This document shows positions 37,107 through 45,841 of a DNA stretch of 64,000 nt, one piece after another. Each line of letters opens with the position of its first letter. Position 1 is the first letter of the stretch. The stretch is from Escherichia phage vB_EcoM-Ro121c4YLVW. The stretch lies in sequence record NC_052654.1; one strand, 5' to 3'. A program made the translations under genes and the position numbers. The notes beneath the pieces are model-generated. The model saw only the letters and a list, made by a program, of their open reading frames with translations, was not told the origin of the DNA and searched no databases.

Positions 37107-37298
37107 TTAAATCTTATCGCCAATATAATCTGATCTGTTCTTCTCTGTCATGCGCTTTAATAATTCTTGCATATTGCTTATAGCTTGCAAGGTGTCTTCT
37201 TCCAGACTTGAATCAACATAATCAGGATCATTCTTCACCTTGCTATAGTTGTGATAGCGTAACGCTGCTAATACCTTTCTAACTTGTTCCACGTTCAT
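37107..37298 (-). CDS. hypothetical protein
   Basis: ORF track 63 aa. Confidence 0.4.
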   Translation of the reverse strand: MNVEQVRKVLAALRYHNYSKVKNDPDYVDSSLEEDTLQAISNMQELLKRMTEKNRSDYIGDKI

Positions 37299-37307
37299 AA
37301 TGTACCC

Positions 37308-37442
37308 TTAAAATAGTGTGCCGATGGAAGATAGCAGGTCACTAACAACTAAAACCAGATCTACTATCACATATCTAATCAGGAAGGGGATAAGCGCCAG
37401 CGTCGCTACTATGATCCCCATTGTGATGATCACCTTTCTCAT
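37308..37442 (-). CDS. 44-aa hydrophobic membrane peptide
   Basis: ATG 3 nt after upstream stop; no clear SD. Confidence 0.3.
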   Translation of the reverse strand: MRKVIITMGIIVATLALIPFLIRYVIVDLVLVVSDLLSSIGTLF

Positions 37443-37444
37443 CG

Positions 37445-37729
37445 TTAGCGGCTTACGTAGGCTTTACCGTTTACGGTCATCGGTATGGCTTCAAGGTCTG
37501 GATCTTCCTTAAGGTCGCGTGCAAGCTCACCGCAGCGGATACCCTCGAATCCGTGATATTCTGTTACACCGTCGTTAAATGTTTTAGCGGCAAGGCATAG
37601 GCGATAATTAACGCCGATCCGGTTTATTGCGTTGATATCGGTTAGCGTGATGGATTCTGGCAACTCATTAGCCAGTACAGGCGCGTTAATACCAACAACC
37701 AGGGCAACTACTGCGATCATCTTTTTCAT
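37445..37729 (-). CDS. secreted small protein (signal peptide)
   Basis: MKKMIAVVALVVGINAPVLA-NE; RBS AGGAAGAGGA. Confidence 0.5.
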   Translation of the reverse strand: MKKMIAVVALVVGINAPVLANELPESITLTDINAINRIGVNYRLCLAAKTFNDGVTEYHGFEGIRCGELARDLKEDPDLEAIPMTVNGKAYVSR

Positions 37730-37783
37730 GTGTCTATCCTCTTCCTATTGCGTTTAATGGGGCGTTACCGCCCCGCTTATGGT

Positions 37784-38020
37784 TTATTGATTGATGTTAT
37801 GATGAAAGTTATTTTCTTCAATAGCTTTTAAAATAAAAGCCGTGATCGCTTTCGTGTCTACTTGTTCGAACGTATCAGAATAAGCCCAATAATAATCATC
37901 CCCTACTTTCGGCGGGTAAACCTGGACAAGGAGATCGCCACCTGGTTGATCTATAAGCTCAACATGCAAGCCGGATGATTCAGCGGTTTTAACGGCGTTT
38001 AATACTGTTGCAATACTCAT
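37784..38020 (-). CDS. hypothetical protein
   Basis: ORF track 78 aa. Confidence 0.45.
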   Translation of the reverse strand: MSIATVLNAVKTAESSGLHVELIDQPGGDLLVQVYPPKVGDDYYWAYSDTFEQVDTKAITAFILKAIEENNFHHNINQ

Positions 38021-38064
38021 AATCTTTCCCTTTCTGATGTGGGGCGTTGCCGCCCCTTTGTTGA

Positions 38065-38364
38065 TTAGATCGCTGTTTCCAGTAGTTCGGCTAACGTCTT
38101 ACCGCCTGATAGTTGGTCTAACGTTTGCTCTTCTGGCAAGAAATTAGCTGATATTAATCCGACTTGATTTCCTTTGTGCCAATTAGCTTGACGGATGATT
38201 CCATCCTTTAAAGATTTTACCGCCATTGTGCAACCGTCGCCAAATGATTCATTTTTATGATCCATTACTTCATAAGCGCCCAGCTTGCTGCTGTTAGGCA
38301 CCATTAATGCGAATACATCACCAACAACCAGTTTTTCTACGGTAACAATAGCGATAGTTTCCAT
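38065..38364 (-). CDS. hypothetical protein
   Basis: ORF track 99 aa; RBS GAGGAAAG. Confidence 0.45.
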   Translation of the reverse strand: METIAIVTVEKLVVGDVFALMVPNSSKLGAYEVMDHKNESFGDGCTMAVKSLKDGIIRQANWHKGNQVGLISANFLPEEQTLDQLSGGKTLAELLETAI

Positions 38365-38382
38365 TTTACTTTCCTCATTATC

Positions 38383-38439
38383 GGCGGCACCATTGCCGCC
38401 CTACGTGGTAAATATTAGCACACTGGCGATCTGTGTCAA
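38383..38439 (-). promoter_or_regulatory. array promoter unit (TTGACA-N16-TAATAT, GTAGGGCGG, hairpin)
   Basis: ggcggcaccattgccgccctacgtggtaaatatta...tgtcaa on + strand. Confidence 0.6.
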
Positions 38440-38445
38440 TACTTT

Positions 38446-38832
38446 TTATTCAATATAAATCAAATTATCTTCACCAATGTAAGCCGACACGTTCGGCATA
38501 AACTTAGCTGCATTGGTTAGGCGGTTCGCCGTGTTAGTGGTGTATATTTCAGGGCGATCCCAAAAGCCTACGCCGTGACTGTTACGGGTAAAATGTAAAT
38601 CATTCCCGATCTGGTTGGCTGTTGCGCCGTCGCTCATTGCCTCAGAGATAGCGGCATTATTGGCATCACAAAACGCCGCCACGTCACGTATGATCCGCTG
38701 ATGGGCTTGATCTGAAAATTCATAATCAGTCATGTCATCTATAAAATTACCTTCATGATCCCTTGCGGATTCAGCAAAAATAAAGGCTTCTTTATAACCG
38801 TTGATGATTTCAATAATGATTTCTGTTTTCAT
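38446..38832 (-). CDS. hypothetical protein
   Basis: ORF track 128 aa. Confidence 0.45.
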   Translation of the reverse strand: MKTEIIIEIINGYKEAFIFAESARDHEGNFIDDMTDYEFSDQAHQRIIRDVAAFCDANNAAISEAMSDGATANQIGNDLHFTRNSHGVGFWDRPEIYTTNTANRLTNAAKFMPNVSAYIGEDNLIYIE

Positions 38833-39053
38833 GCTGTACGCTCGACAATAATAATGGTTTGCGGTATCTCGTTTTCTACTACTAATAAGGCTTTTTTCTG
38901 CGTGATAGATATTTTAACACGTTGTAAAGTAGCGGTAAAATCTTTCATTTCATTATGCGCGGATTTAGTGCAATGCCAGATCTCAGGCTTACCTATTTGC
39001 AAGCCGCGTAAAAATTCTGTTTTACCTGTCTTATTCGTGATCATTTGATTCAC
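38829..39053 (-). CDS. hypothetical protein
   Basis: ORF track 74 aa. Confidence 0.4.
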   Translation of the reverse strand: MNQMITNKTGKTEFLRGLQIGKPEIWHCTKSAHNEMKDFTATLQRVKISITQKKALLVVENEIPQTIIIVERTA

Positions 39054-39054
39054 C

Positions 39055-39159
39055 TTAACCGATACCGTGGGAAGATAGGATCATATTAGCCATAGTTGCA
39101 ACCACTCCAACCGATAACGCCAGGCCCACTATTACAACCGTGAAAATTTTCTCTAACAT
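39055..39159 (-). CDS. 34-aa hydrophobic membrane peptide
   Basis: Own promoter/hairpin unit upstream, RBS GAGGG; below ORF-track cutoff. Confidence 0.4.
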   Translation of the reverse strand: MLEKIFTVVIVGLALSVGVVATMANMILSSHGIG

Positions 39160-39426
39160 GATTCTACCCTCATTAATGGGCGTTGCCTTATTGCCCCGCC
39201 CTACGAAATACATTCTATCAGATAACAAATTATCGTCAAGATTTATTTTTTACTTCCCAAACGGAAAATTCGCTGCCTGTTGGGATCATCTTTTTAATCT
39301 TGTTTGCTGCCGCTACCAGGTCAACGGCTTGCACTGTAATAATATAACCAATTGTCGAGGCTGTTGCGTTGAAAGTTTTCATTATATTACCCTTTAATAC
39401 AGGCGGGATTAATCCCGCCTTGTTGA

Positions 39427-39597
39427 TTACTCTTCATCGTCGCCGTTATAGTATTCAATGCCATTTTCATCGGTTACGGTGATGTTAACGCCACCGATAG
39501 CAACACGATCACGGGCAAACGTCATGGCTTCATTTAAATCTTCAGACCAAAAAATATTGTGACCTTTGCGCGATACATAAAACATAGTCGGGATCAT
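39427..39597 (-). CDS. hypothetical small protein
   Basis: Start at ATG after AGAAGAGAAA; upstream part of track ORF is leader hairpin. Confidence 0.45.
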   Translation of the reverse strand: MIPTMFYVSRKGHNIFWSEDLNEAMTFARDRVAIGGVNITVTDENGIEYYNGDDEE

Positions 39598-39618
39598 GAT
39601 TTGTTTCTCTTCTGTTGT

Positions 39619-39681
39619 GAGCGGTGGACCATTCCGCCGCCCTATGTGGTAAACTTTACTACGTTGTTTGCGTGCTGTCAA
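39619..39681 (-). promoter_or_regulatory. array promoter unit (TTGACA-N17-TAAAGT, ATAGGGCGG, hairpin GGCGGAATGGTCCACCGC)
   Basis: Hairpin stem differs from other copies but stays self-complementary. Confidence 0.6.
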
Positions 39682-39682
39682 A

Positions 39683-39967
39683 TTATTTTTTAATGTTTTG
39701 CCCTACAAAATTAATCATTTCCTTAAGCTGTCTCTCTGTCATGATCGTACCTGGTAACTCTTCTTTAATTTCTTCCGGTAAATAAATATTACCGCGCCAG
39801 GTTAACAAACAACCGTTTTGATCTTCGCAGATAGAATAGGAAAACATCCACTCGCAATCATTTTCAAGCTCCCAAAAACACAAAAAGTCTTCTTTCCCTA
39901 AGTTTTCAACGGTTAAACATAATCCGCGACGTGCTGCATAATTAGTTAGGCTTTTTGTGATTTTCAT
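39683..39967 (-). CDS. hypothetical protein
   Basis: Start at internal ATG (MKITKS...), 94 aa. Confidence 0.45.
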   Translation of the reverse strand: MKITKSLTNYAARRGLCLTVENLGKEDFLCFWELENDCEWMFSYSICEDQNGCLLTWRGNIYLPEEIKEELPGTIMTERQLKEMINFVGQNIKK

Positions 39968-39986
39968 GATTTTTCTCTCTTCTTGT

Positions 39987-40044
39987 GAGCGGCACCATTG
40001 CCGCCCTACAAGATACATATTACCAGACTAAGCCGACTTGTCAA
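39987..40044 (-). promoter_or_regulatory. array promoter unit
   Basis: gagcggcaccattgccgccctacaagatacatatta...tgtcaa. Confidence 0.6.
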
Positions 40045-40165
40045 ACTATTTTTTCTTTTTCTTTGCTTCCAACCGTCTAAGGTTACGGCTTGACTTATTG
40101 CGCAAGGCGCTTAGATCGTCGTACCCTTTCCATGCTTGCATATCTTTCGGATTCATGTTATCCCC

Positions 40166-40327
40166 TTACTTGTTAGCCGGATTATATGCCAGGACCGCGC
40201 CGCTTGCTTTCACGCTTTCCGCTTCATAGTTGCGCAGATCGTTTTCTGTAAGGTTGAGCGCGATCACTTCCTCGATCTCAACGTCAGCGGCAAGGGCGAT
40301 CTCTTTGATAATGTCTGCTGTTTTCAT
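40166..40327 (-). CDS. hypothetical small protein
   Basis: Start at ATG after AAGGTG; 53 aa. Confidence 0.4.
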   Translation of the reverse strand: MKTADIIKEIALAADVEIEEVIALNLTENDLRNYEAESVKASGAVLAYNPANK

Positions 40328-40337
40328 AGTATGCACC

Positions 40338-40457
40338 TTATAAGATGATTGATAAGATAGTGACAACGAAAGCGATTATACTGATGGCAAATGTTATCTT
40401 TTTACCTTCGGATACTGCCGGATTTTTTGCCGTGTATTCTACTATGTACTTGCTCAT
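40338..40457 (-). CDS. 39-aa membrane peptide (C-terminal TM helix)
   Basis: Promoter unit upstream, RBS GAGAGGA; below ORF-track cutoff. Confidence 0.4.
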   Translation of the reverse strand: MSKYIVEYTAKNPAVSEGKKITFAISIIAFVVTILSIIL

Positions 40458-40480
40458 CGTGTAATCCTCTCATTTGCCTT

Positions 40481-40540
40481 GGGAACTATTCCCGCCGCCC
40501 TATGAATTAAATATACACTATCTCAAAAAGATTGCAAGCC
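40481..40540 (-). promoter_or_regulatory. array promoter unit (hairpin variant GGGAATAGTTCCC)
   Basis: gggaactattcccgccgccctatgaatt...tgcaag. Confidence 0.55.
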
Positions 40541-40555
40541 TTTTTCTGAATTATT

Positions 40556-40840
40556 TTATGCAGTAAACAAACCATCATTTACAACGGCGGCGATGATCTC
40601 CCGTGCCATTGATTCAGGGAAAGGGGCGCTATAGTCCTGGCTTGTCTCGTCGGTGTCAGTGATACAATGATAAGCTAACGAGTAAAAGCCTTTACTAACT
40701 GTTTTCAGTGAGATGATGATCACTCGGTCAAGCTTATTGGTGAATGTTGCCGTTAATGTGTTACCCTCCTGCGTCATATTGGACAAGTAAGCGGCATTAT
40801 TAATCAGGGAAAACATTAGCACGGTGTTAGCTTTACTCAT
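40556..40840 (-). CDS. hypothetical protein
   Basis: Start at internal ATG after GAGGATG; 94 aa. Confidence 0.45.
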   Translation of the reverse strand: MSKANTVLMFSLINNAAYLSNMTQEGNTLTATFTNKLDRVIIISLKTVSKGFYSLAYHCITDTDETSQDYSAPFPESMAREIIAAVVNDGLFTA

Positions 40841-40856
40841 GATTGCATCCTCAAAG

Positions 40857-40916
40857 GGGCGCGGCACCATTGCCGCCCTACACGATAACTATAACACAAT
40901 ATAAAACAGGATCAAC
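40857..40916 (-). promoter_or_regulatory. array promoter unit
   Basis: gcgcggcaccattgccgccctacacgat...gatcaa. Confidence 0.55.
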
Positions 40917-41124
40917 CTTTATTTTTCCACGGTGTCAGTTTGTTAATCATTGGTGATAAATAGCGTTTACCAACGTAAAACAGTACGCCAACTGATGCAA
41001 CGGCGGCGATCTCATGTAAGGAGGAAGGTCGCGCGGTGTCATAGTAGGTACCAATAATAGCAATAGCGGCTACTGCGGCAATGTCTGTAATAATTTTTTC
41101 TTGTTTTGTTGTGATAGTGGTCAT
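40912..41124 (-). CDS. small membrane protein (two hydrophobic segments)
   Basis: ORF track 70 aa. Confidence 0.45.
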   Translation of the reverse strand: MTTITTKQEKIITDIAAVAAIAIIGTYYDTARPSSLHEIAAVASVGVLFYVGKRYLSPMINKLTPWKNKG

Positions 41125-41145
41125 AATGTTTTTCTCTTTTATGTG

Positions 41146-41203
41146 GTCGGGAACTATTCCCGCCCTACGTGATACATCTTATCATACTTGGTTATGCTGT
41201 CAA
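41146..41203 (-). promoter_or_regulatory. array promoter unit (TTGACA-N16-TAAGAT)
   Basis: ggtcgggaactattcccgccctacgtgatacatctta...tgtcaa. Confidence 0.6.
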
Positions 41204-41209
41204 CCGTTT

Positions 41210-41395
41210 TTAAAGATATTTTATGCTAATGACGTTTTCAGGTTTAACCTTGTTGTGATGTGCATCAACATAGATCAAACCATCGTCAGAAAAGCCCAGG
41301 ATCACGCCCTGCGCGATAAAACCGTACGCATCACGGTAACGCACGGCTATTTTTAATGTTGCGTTGTAGGCTGTTTTAAGCTCGTTTAAAGTCAT
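41210..41395 (-). CDS. hypothetical protein
   Basis: ORF track 61 aa. Confidence 0.4.
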   Translation of the reverse strand: MTLNELKTAYNATLKIAVRYRDAYGFIAQGVILGFSDDGLIYVDAHHNKVKPENVISIKYL

Positions 41396-41450
41396 TTTTG
41401 TTTATCCTCTACATGTAAAAAGAAAGGGCGCTTGATGCGCCCTTGTTATG

Positions 41451-41597
41451 TTAATCCTCTAAATCCATCCAATTATATTTGTCACTCTTCCCGCGCTTTG
41501 TTTTATTGCGCTTGTCGCCTTTGCGGATCACTTCCTCGTTCCAGGCCTTGCGGATCTTGGAAGATTGAATTTTTTCTGCGCGATTAGATGTATTCAT
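41451..41597 (-). CDS. 48-aa basic protein
   Basis: Promoter/hairpin variant upstream, RBS GAGGAAACAAA; below ORF-track cutoff. Confidence 0.4.
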   Translation of the reverse strand: MNTSNRAEKIQSSKIRKAWNEEVIRKGDKRNKTKRGKSDKYNWMDLED

Positions 41598-41676
41598 TTT
41601 GTTTCCTCTTCATATGAGCGGCACCATTGCCGCTATATTGTTAATTTAAACTGTTTTGTAAAATTGTCAAGGTTTA

Positions 41677-42030
41677 TCATTCATAAGAGCAAGCAAGGAT
41701 CACGCCTGCAATATAAAGCCAATAATTTTCCCTTTCTCGTTGGATTTTATCATCGCTGCTATTCTCTTTAATGTATCCCCAGGATGTTAACAGGCGATCA
41801 ATTTCCCAATATTCGAAAGCGATATTGATATCTGATGGCAAGCCTTGTAACCATGATGCAAGTGCTTTAACAATACTATAATTAAAACGTGATTGGTTAT
41901 CAGGGTACCAGTACTCGGAATTAAAACGGCGCATCAATTCCGCGATCTTCTCTTTTTCGGTTGTAATACCGTAATCATTAAAATCGATAGCGGCAAGGAT
42001 GTACTCTTTAATTGCATTTTGTGCTTTCAT
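41677..42030 (-). CDS. hypothetical protein
   Basis: ORF track 117 aa. Confidence 0.5.
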   Translation of the reverse strand: MKAQNAIKEYILAAIDFNDYGITTEKEKIAELMRRFNSEYWYPDNQSRFNYSIVKALASWLQGLPSDINIAFEYWEIDRLLTSWGYIKENSSDDKIQRERENYWLYIAGVILACSYE

Positions 42031-42047
42031 GGTCTTTCTCTCTTTTT

Positions 42048-42106
42048 GAGCGGGAACTATTCCCGCCCTACGTGTAACAGTTTACTAAAAATTAAATCGG
42101 TGTCAA
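42048..42106 (-). promoter_or_regulatory. array promoter unit
   Basis: gagcgggaactattcccgccctacgtgtaac...tgtcaa. Confidence 0.6.
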
Positions 42107-42109
42107 GCT

Positions 42110-42331
42110 TTATTTTGTTACTACCATTTGGTACCCTGCTTCAATGTTAGTAAATACTGTTATTCCGTCCTGGCGTTCACTCATTAGCATACAAGGCGCT
42201 AACATCCTTTCTACTGCCTTGCACTCATTGTAAACGGCGGTTATATCTCCTGCGGCCTTGTCTTCTGTGGTGAATGTATCGTTTACGTAAACTTGACCAG
42301 CAACAACGGCGACAATAGCGAAAGTGATCAT
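42110..42331 (-). CDS. small protein with N-terminal hydrophobic segment
   Basis: Start at ATG (MITFAIVAVVAG...). Confidence 0.4.
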   Translation of the reverse strand: MITFAIVAVVAGQVYVNDTFTTEDKAAGDITAVYNECKAVERMLAPCMLMSERQDGITVFTNIEAGYQMVVTK

Positions 42332-42410
42332 AATGTTTTTTCTCTTTATGTGTTTCGTTTCAATTAGTTGATAATACAGCAATTTGCAGATTAGTCTTTA
42401 GCAATTCATG

Positions 42411-42629
42411 CTATTTACTCACAACAATATCGAAAACAAATTTTTCTTTGTTGTCTAAGCTCACGTATCCGATTCGACCACGCAATCCGAGAGTAGTGCC
42501 GTATTCGTAACCATCAAGACCTTTAACCTTCCAATCCATGCCCATTAAAACCGCATTATATTTCTGACCAACTACAAAAGCGCCACCAGTTGATTCAATG
42601 CAAACAACTTTAATTTTACGGATTGCCAT
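42411..42629 (-). CDS. hypothetical protein
   Basis: ORF track 72 aa; promoter TTGACT-N17-TATAAT with palindrome flanking -10. Confidence 0.45.
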   Translation of the reverse strand: MAIRKIKVVCIESTGGAFVVGQKYNAVLMGMDWKVKGLDGYEYGTTLGLRGRIGYVSLDNKEKFVFDIVVSK

Positions 42630-42707
42630 TTTCTTTCTCTCTTTCTGGTGATTGGTTTCTCTTCTCTATAGCGCCCATTATAAGGCGCTATAACGAAAAG
42701 TCAACGA

Positions 42708-42875
42708 TTATTTTTTAAGGCTTAAAGTACCTAACTTGTCAGCATGACGTAGACCAGGGAAGATCCATTTTCCTGATTCATCTTTTACAGGGGCTTTAAG
42801 CGTAGCGCCCAGGTTGGCGGCGTTAACTTTACGTGCAACGTTGCGAGCGGCTTCACGGGTAGCGAAAGTGATCAT
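42708..42875 (-). CDS. 55-aa hypothetical protein
   Basis: Promoter unit upstream, RBS AGAGGAAAA; below ORF-track cutoff. Confidence 0.4.
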   Translation of the reverse strand: MITFATREAARNVARKVNAANLGATLKAPVKDESGKWIFPGLRHADKLGTLSLKK

Positions 42876-42966
42876 AATATTTTCCTCTTCTCTTTGTTAG
42901 GCGGTGGACCATTCCGCCGCCTTGATGTAATACAGTTTACTTTATTTTTGCAGTATTGCAAGCGTT

Positions 42967-43179
42967 TTATGAAATAATCGTCAAAGTAAAATTGTAATCA
43001 CCTGATTGGTACAATACTTTATCACCGAACGTTCCAACACGTTTAACATTGCAATATATACCCATAACACTTTTTACATCTTTGATATTCTTCACGCCTG
43101 TAATATCTTTATTAAAATGATCGTGATCAGAAAATAAAACTTGACTTGCATTTTTTAACAGTGTGCGGATATTAGCCAT
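42967..43179 (-). CDS. hypothetical protein
   Basis: ORF track 70 aa. Confidence 0.45.
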   Translation of the reverse strand: MANIRTLLKNASQVLFSDHDHFNKDITGVKNIKDVKSVMGIYCNVKRVGTFGDKVLYQSGDYNFTLTIIS

Positions 43180-43212
43180 CGTGATAATCTCTCTTCTGTT
43201 GTGAGCGGCACT

Positions 43213-43270
43213 ATTGCCGCCCTACGTAATACAGTTTACTCTTTTTCTTTCCCGTGTCAACAATCTTTTT
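43213..43270 (-). promoter_or_regulatory. array promoter unit
   Basis: gagcggcactattgccgccctacgtaatac...tgtcaa. Confidence 0.6.
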
Positions 43271-43497
43271 CAGATTAATTCATCCAGGCATAACAGGCGA
43301 TCAACGTTGAGATCGGTCAGGCTGATGGTTGGCACCTGGTAGGATTCGATGTACTCAACGCTTGCATATTCCCCAAAATTAGCAATAGCCCACTTATTCA
43401 AGATCTCACATACATCATTAATCTTTTTGTTTGTTACAACTGCAATAACCTGGGAAGTGCCAACGGTGCCGGATACGCGAACAATATTGATAGCCAT
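43270..43497 (-). CDS. hypothetical protein
   Basis: ORF track 75 aa. Confidence 0.45.
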   Translation of the reverse strand: MAINIVRVSGTVGTSQVIAVVTNKKINDVCEILNKWAIANFGEYASVEYIESYQVPTISLTDLNVDRLLCLDELI

Positions 43498-43519
43498 AAT
43501 CTTTAATCTCTCTGCTGTT

Positions 43520-43579
43520 GGCGGGAAACCACTTCCCGCCCTATGTGATACATCTTACACTAATTTTAAACGTTGTCAA
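43520..43579 (-). promoter_or_regulatory. array promoter unit (hairpin variant GGCGGGAAGTGGTTTCCCGCC)
   Basis: ggcgggaaaccacttcccgccctatgtgatacatctta...tgtcaa. Confidence 0.6.
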
Positions 43580-43588
43580 CTGTTTTTA

Positions 43589-43828
43589 TTACATTCCAAC
43601 CATCGCGGCGCGGATCGCTGTAGTGCTATACTTGAAACCGTCTGGAGTTTTATCTTGTCCAGTTTGTTCCAGGAATAACATCATATCACGGGCAGCATCA
43701 TTACGATTAGTATTAGCGGCGATAAATTCTTTCGCCAACCGATATAATGATTCGTCGTTATTAATCCAAAGGCTTACATTCCAGTGAGTTTTGTTTTTGT
43801 GACCGTTGTAAGTTTTAGTAATAGCCAT
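43589..43828 (-). CDS. hypothetical protein
   Basis: ORF track 79 aa. Confidence 0.45.
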   Translation of the reverse strand: MAITKTYNGHKNKTHWNVSLWINNDESLYRLAKEFIAANTNRNDAARDMMLFLEQTGQDKTPDGFKYSTTAIRAAMVGM

Positions 43829-43849
43829 GATGATAATCTCTCTTTGAAT

Positions 43850-43911
43850 GAGGCGGGAACTATTCCCGCTCTCTATGTAATACAGTTTACTCTTTTTATT
43901 CGTGCTGTCAA
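43850..43911 (-). promoter_or_regulatory. array promoter unit (degenerate TAGAGAGCGG)
   Basis: gaggcgggaactattcccgctctctatgtaatac...tgtcaa. Confidence 0.5.
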
Positions 43912-43917
43912 TGCTTT

Positions 43918-44283
43918 TTATAAATCTTTTTTACGTTTTACATCGCTTGCATGACTGTATACAGTGATCCCATTGTCACGGCAAAAACGGGAAAGATACG
44001 CGCCGCGTGAAAATTCCTTGCCCTCAAGGTTGATAACCTTGCTAAATTCTTCCAGGGCGACGGTATCAAAATGATCACCATAGCCATATTGAAACGGAAC
44101 GTTAACCACCTCGATCAGTTTACCGCCGATCTCAACGTCAACCATTAAAGAAAAATATGTGTTACCGTAGGACTGTTGAAACCAGCGACGGGCGCTAATA
44201 TGCACCGCCTCAATGCTGGATAATTCAATTTTAGCCGTGTTAGCCAGGGTAGCATAAGCGGAAACATTGATATTAATAGCCAT
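43918..44283 (-). CDS. hypothetical protein
   Basis: ORF track 121 aa. Confidence 0.5.
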   Translation of the reverse strand: MAININVSAYATLANTAKIELSSIEAVHISARRWFQQSYGNTYFSLMVDVEIGGKLIEVVNVPFQYGYGDHFDTVALEEFSKVINLEGKEFSRGAYLSRFCRDNGITVYSHASDVKRKKDL

Positions 44284-44380
44284 GGTGTCACTCTCTCTTT
44301 TTGGTTAGTGGGAAGTATTCCCGATAAAAGTTATTATGCTTATACTATCACTCATTGTCAATAGTATAAGACTAAAACTT

Positions 44381-44560
44381 TTAACGATAATCATTATAGG
44401 CTTTATTGACCTGGCGAATGTAACATTCGAAAGCAAGATCAATGTATTCGTATTCACGCACATAATCACCATAGGTCACTACATACATTTTTAAAGTTTC
44501 CTCATAAGCCAGGAGGATCGAATCTAAACCTATAATCTCAGTTTTTGCAATGATAGCCAT
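44381..44560 (-). CDS. 59-aa hypothetical protein
   Basis: Promoter unit upstream; below ORF-track cutoff. Confidence 0.4.
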   Translation of the reverse strand: MAIIAKTEIIGLDSILLAYEETLKMYVVTYGDYVREYEYIDLAFECYIRQVNKAYNDYR

Positions 44561-44580
44561 GATGTTAACCTTTTATTGTT

Positions 44581-44637
44581 GGCGGCACCATTGCCGCCCT
44601 ACGTGATAAACTATACCAGAAGTTTAAACAGTGTCAA
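44581..44637 (-). promoter_or_regulatory. array promoter unit
   Basis: ggcggcaccattgccgccctacgtgataaacta...tgtcaa. Confidence 0.6.
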
Positions 44638-44643
44638 CCGTTT

Positions 44644-45006
44644 TTATTCGTAAATTTTACCGCTTTCGGCCCATACCATAACGCGGCGCATACTATCCCA
44701 AGTGTTTTGATCCAGGTTTAAGCCGTGCAACTCTTCGGTACTTCCCAGACCAGGTACCGCTTTGTTGTAAGTCGCATATAAGCGCCCTTGATACTCATAC
44801 GCCAGAGTAAGATCCTTTTGAATCATCTTTTTAAGCATAGCATTAAGCATCATATTAGCGGCATGTTGATCACGTTTTAGCGGTAACATGTCAATAAGGG
44901 CGCGATAAGCTGAAACATGAATATCAACCGTTTCACGTGGTAAATTTTTCATATCATTGCGGAAAGATACCAGATTAAACATGATAGTATTGATTTGCTT
45001 GCTCAT
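44644..45006 (-). CDS. hypothetical protein
   Basis: ORF track 120 aa. Confidence 0.5.
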   Translation of the reverse strand: MSKQINTIMFNLVSFRNDMKNLPRETVDIHVSAYRALIDMLPLKRDQHAANMMLNAMLKKMIQKDLTLAYEYQGRLYATYNKAVPGLGSTEELHGLNLDQNTWDSMRRVMVWAESGKIYE

Positions 45007-45027
45007 TGTGTTACCCTTTTTTGTTTT

Positions 45028-45088
45028 GGCTGGGAAGTATTCCGCCGCCCTATGTGATACATCTTATCAGATTAAAAAACGTTGTCAA
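45028..45088 (-). promoter_or_regulatory. array promoter unit
   Basis: ggctgggaagtattccgccgccctatgtgatacatctta...tgtcaa. Confidence 0.6.
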
Positions 45089-45096
45089 GAATATTT

Positions 45097-45192
45097 TTAG
45101 AAAATAATAGCCGCTACTACAATCCAAAATGGAACGGCTAGAATGATAGCGTTAATCGTTCCAACCGTCAAGCTATTTTCTTTATTAATCAT
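45097..45192 (-). CDS. 31-aa hydrophobic membrane peptide
   Basis: Promoter unit upstream; below ORF-track cutoff. Confidence 0.35.
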   Translation of the reverse strand: MINKENSLTVGTINAIILAVPFWIVVAAIIF

Positions 45193-45219
45193 TGTAAGCC
45201 TCTTGCATAATTTCACTAT

Positions 45220-45278
45220 GAGCGGCACCATTGCCGCCCTACGTGGTAAATATTATGCCAGTGGCGGCGATATGTCAA
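45220..45278 (-). promoter_or_regulatory. array promoter unit
   Basis: gagcggcaccattgccgccctacgtggtaaatatta...tgtcaa. Confidence 0.6.
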
Positions 45279-45841
45279 AGACTATTTTCAAAGTTTTCTA
45301 GTGCGATCCTTTTTTCTTCCTCTGTCGGCTGATAATCAGGAAAAGCATCAACACACAACAACGGCGGGATCTCTTCGTACTCTTCCTCTTCCGTTGTCTC
45401 CTCGTCTTCCTCCTGGGCTATGGCTGCAATTTTGGCTAATTTTCTTTCAGCTTGAATCAATTTACCATCAAGTACGTTTTTTGCCATGTTGTAAGCGGTC
45501 CAGGTGATGCGCTTACTTTCCAGGGCCTGATCGAGCGCCGCTATCTTGCTGGGGTATTCATCCAGGACACGAAAAGCCGGATCAACTTTGTACAAAGGAT
45601 TATCTTTCGCGCCGTCGCTCGCATCTTCCGCACTGGATAAATCAGCGTTACCATTTGCCAGCCAGCCAGGGCGCACATAACGCGCTTTTACGTTGCCGTT
45701 ACTACGTGCTAATCTGTTACCTATTTGCTCACCACTATATCCCGTGGATTCATCGATAAGATGATCGGGAATGATGCGCGGATCATCTGCTTCATGTTTT
45801 ACCCAAGACTGGATCACATATTCGCGGCCCATATTAACCAC
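45275..45841 (-). CDS. hypothetical protein with acidic C-terminal region
   Basis: ORF track 188 aa. Confidence 0.5.
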   Translation of the reverse strand: MVNMGREYVIQSWVKHEADDPRIIPDHLIDESTGYSGEQIGNRLARSNGNVKARYVRPGWLANGNADLSSAEDASDGAKDNPLYKVDPAFRVLDEYPSKIAALDQALESKRITWTAYNMAKNVLDGKLIQAERKLAKIAAIAQEEDEETTEEEEYEEIPPLLCVDAFPDYQPTEEEKRIALENFENSL

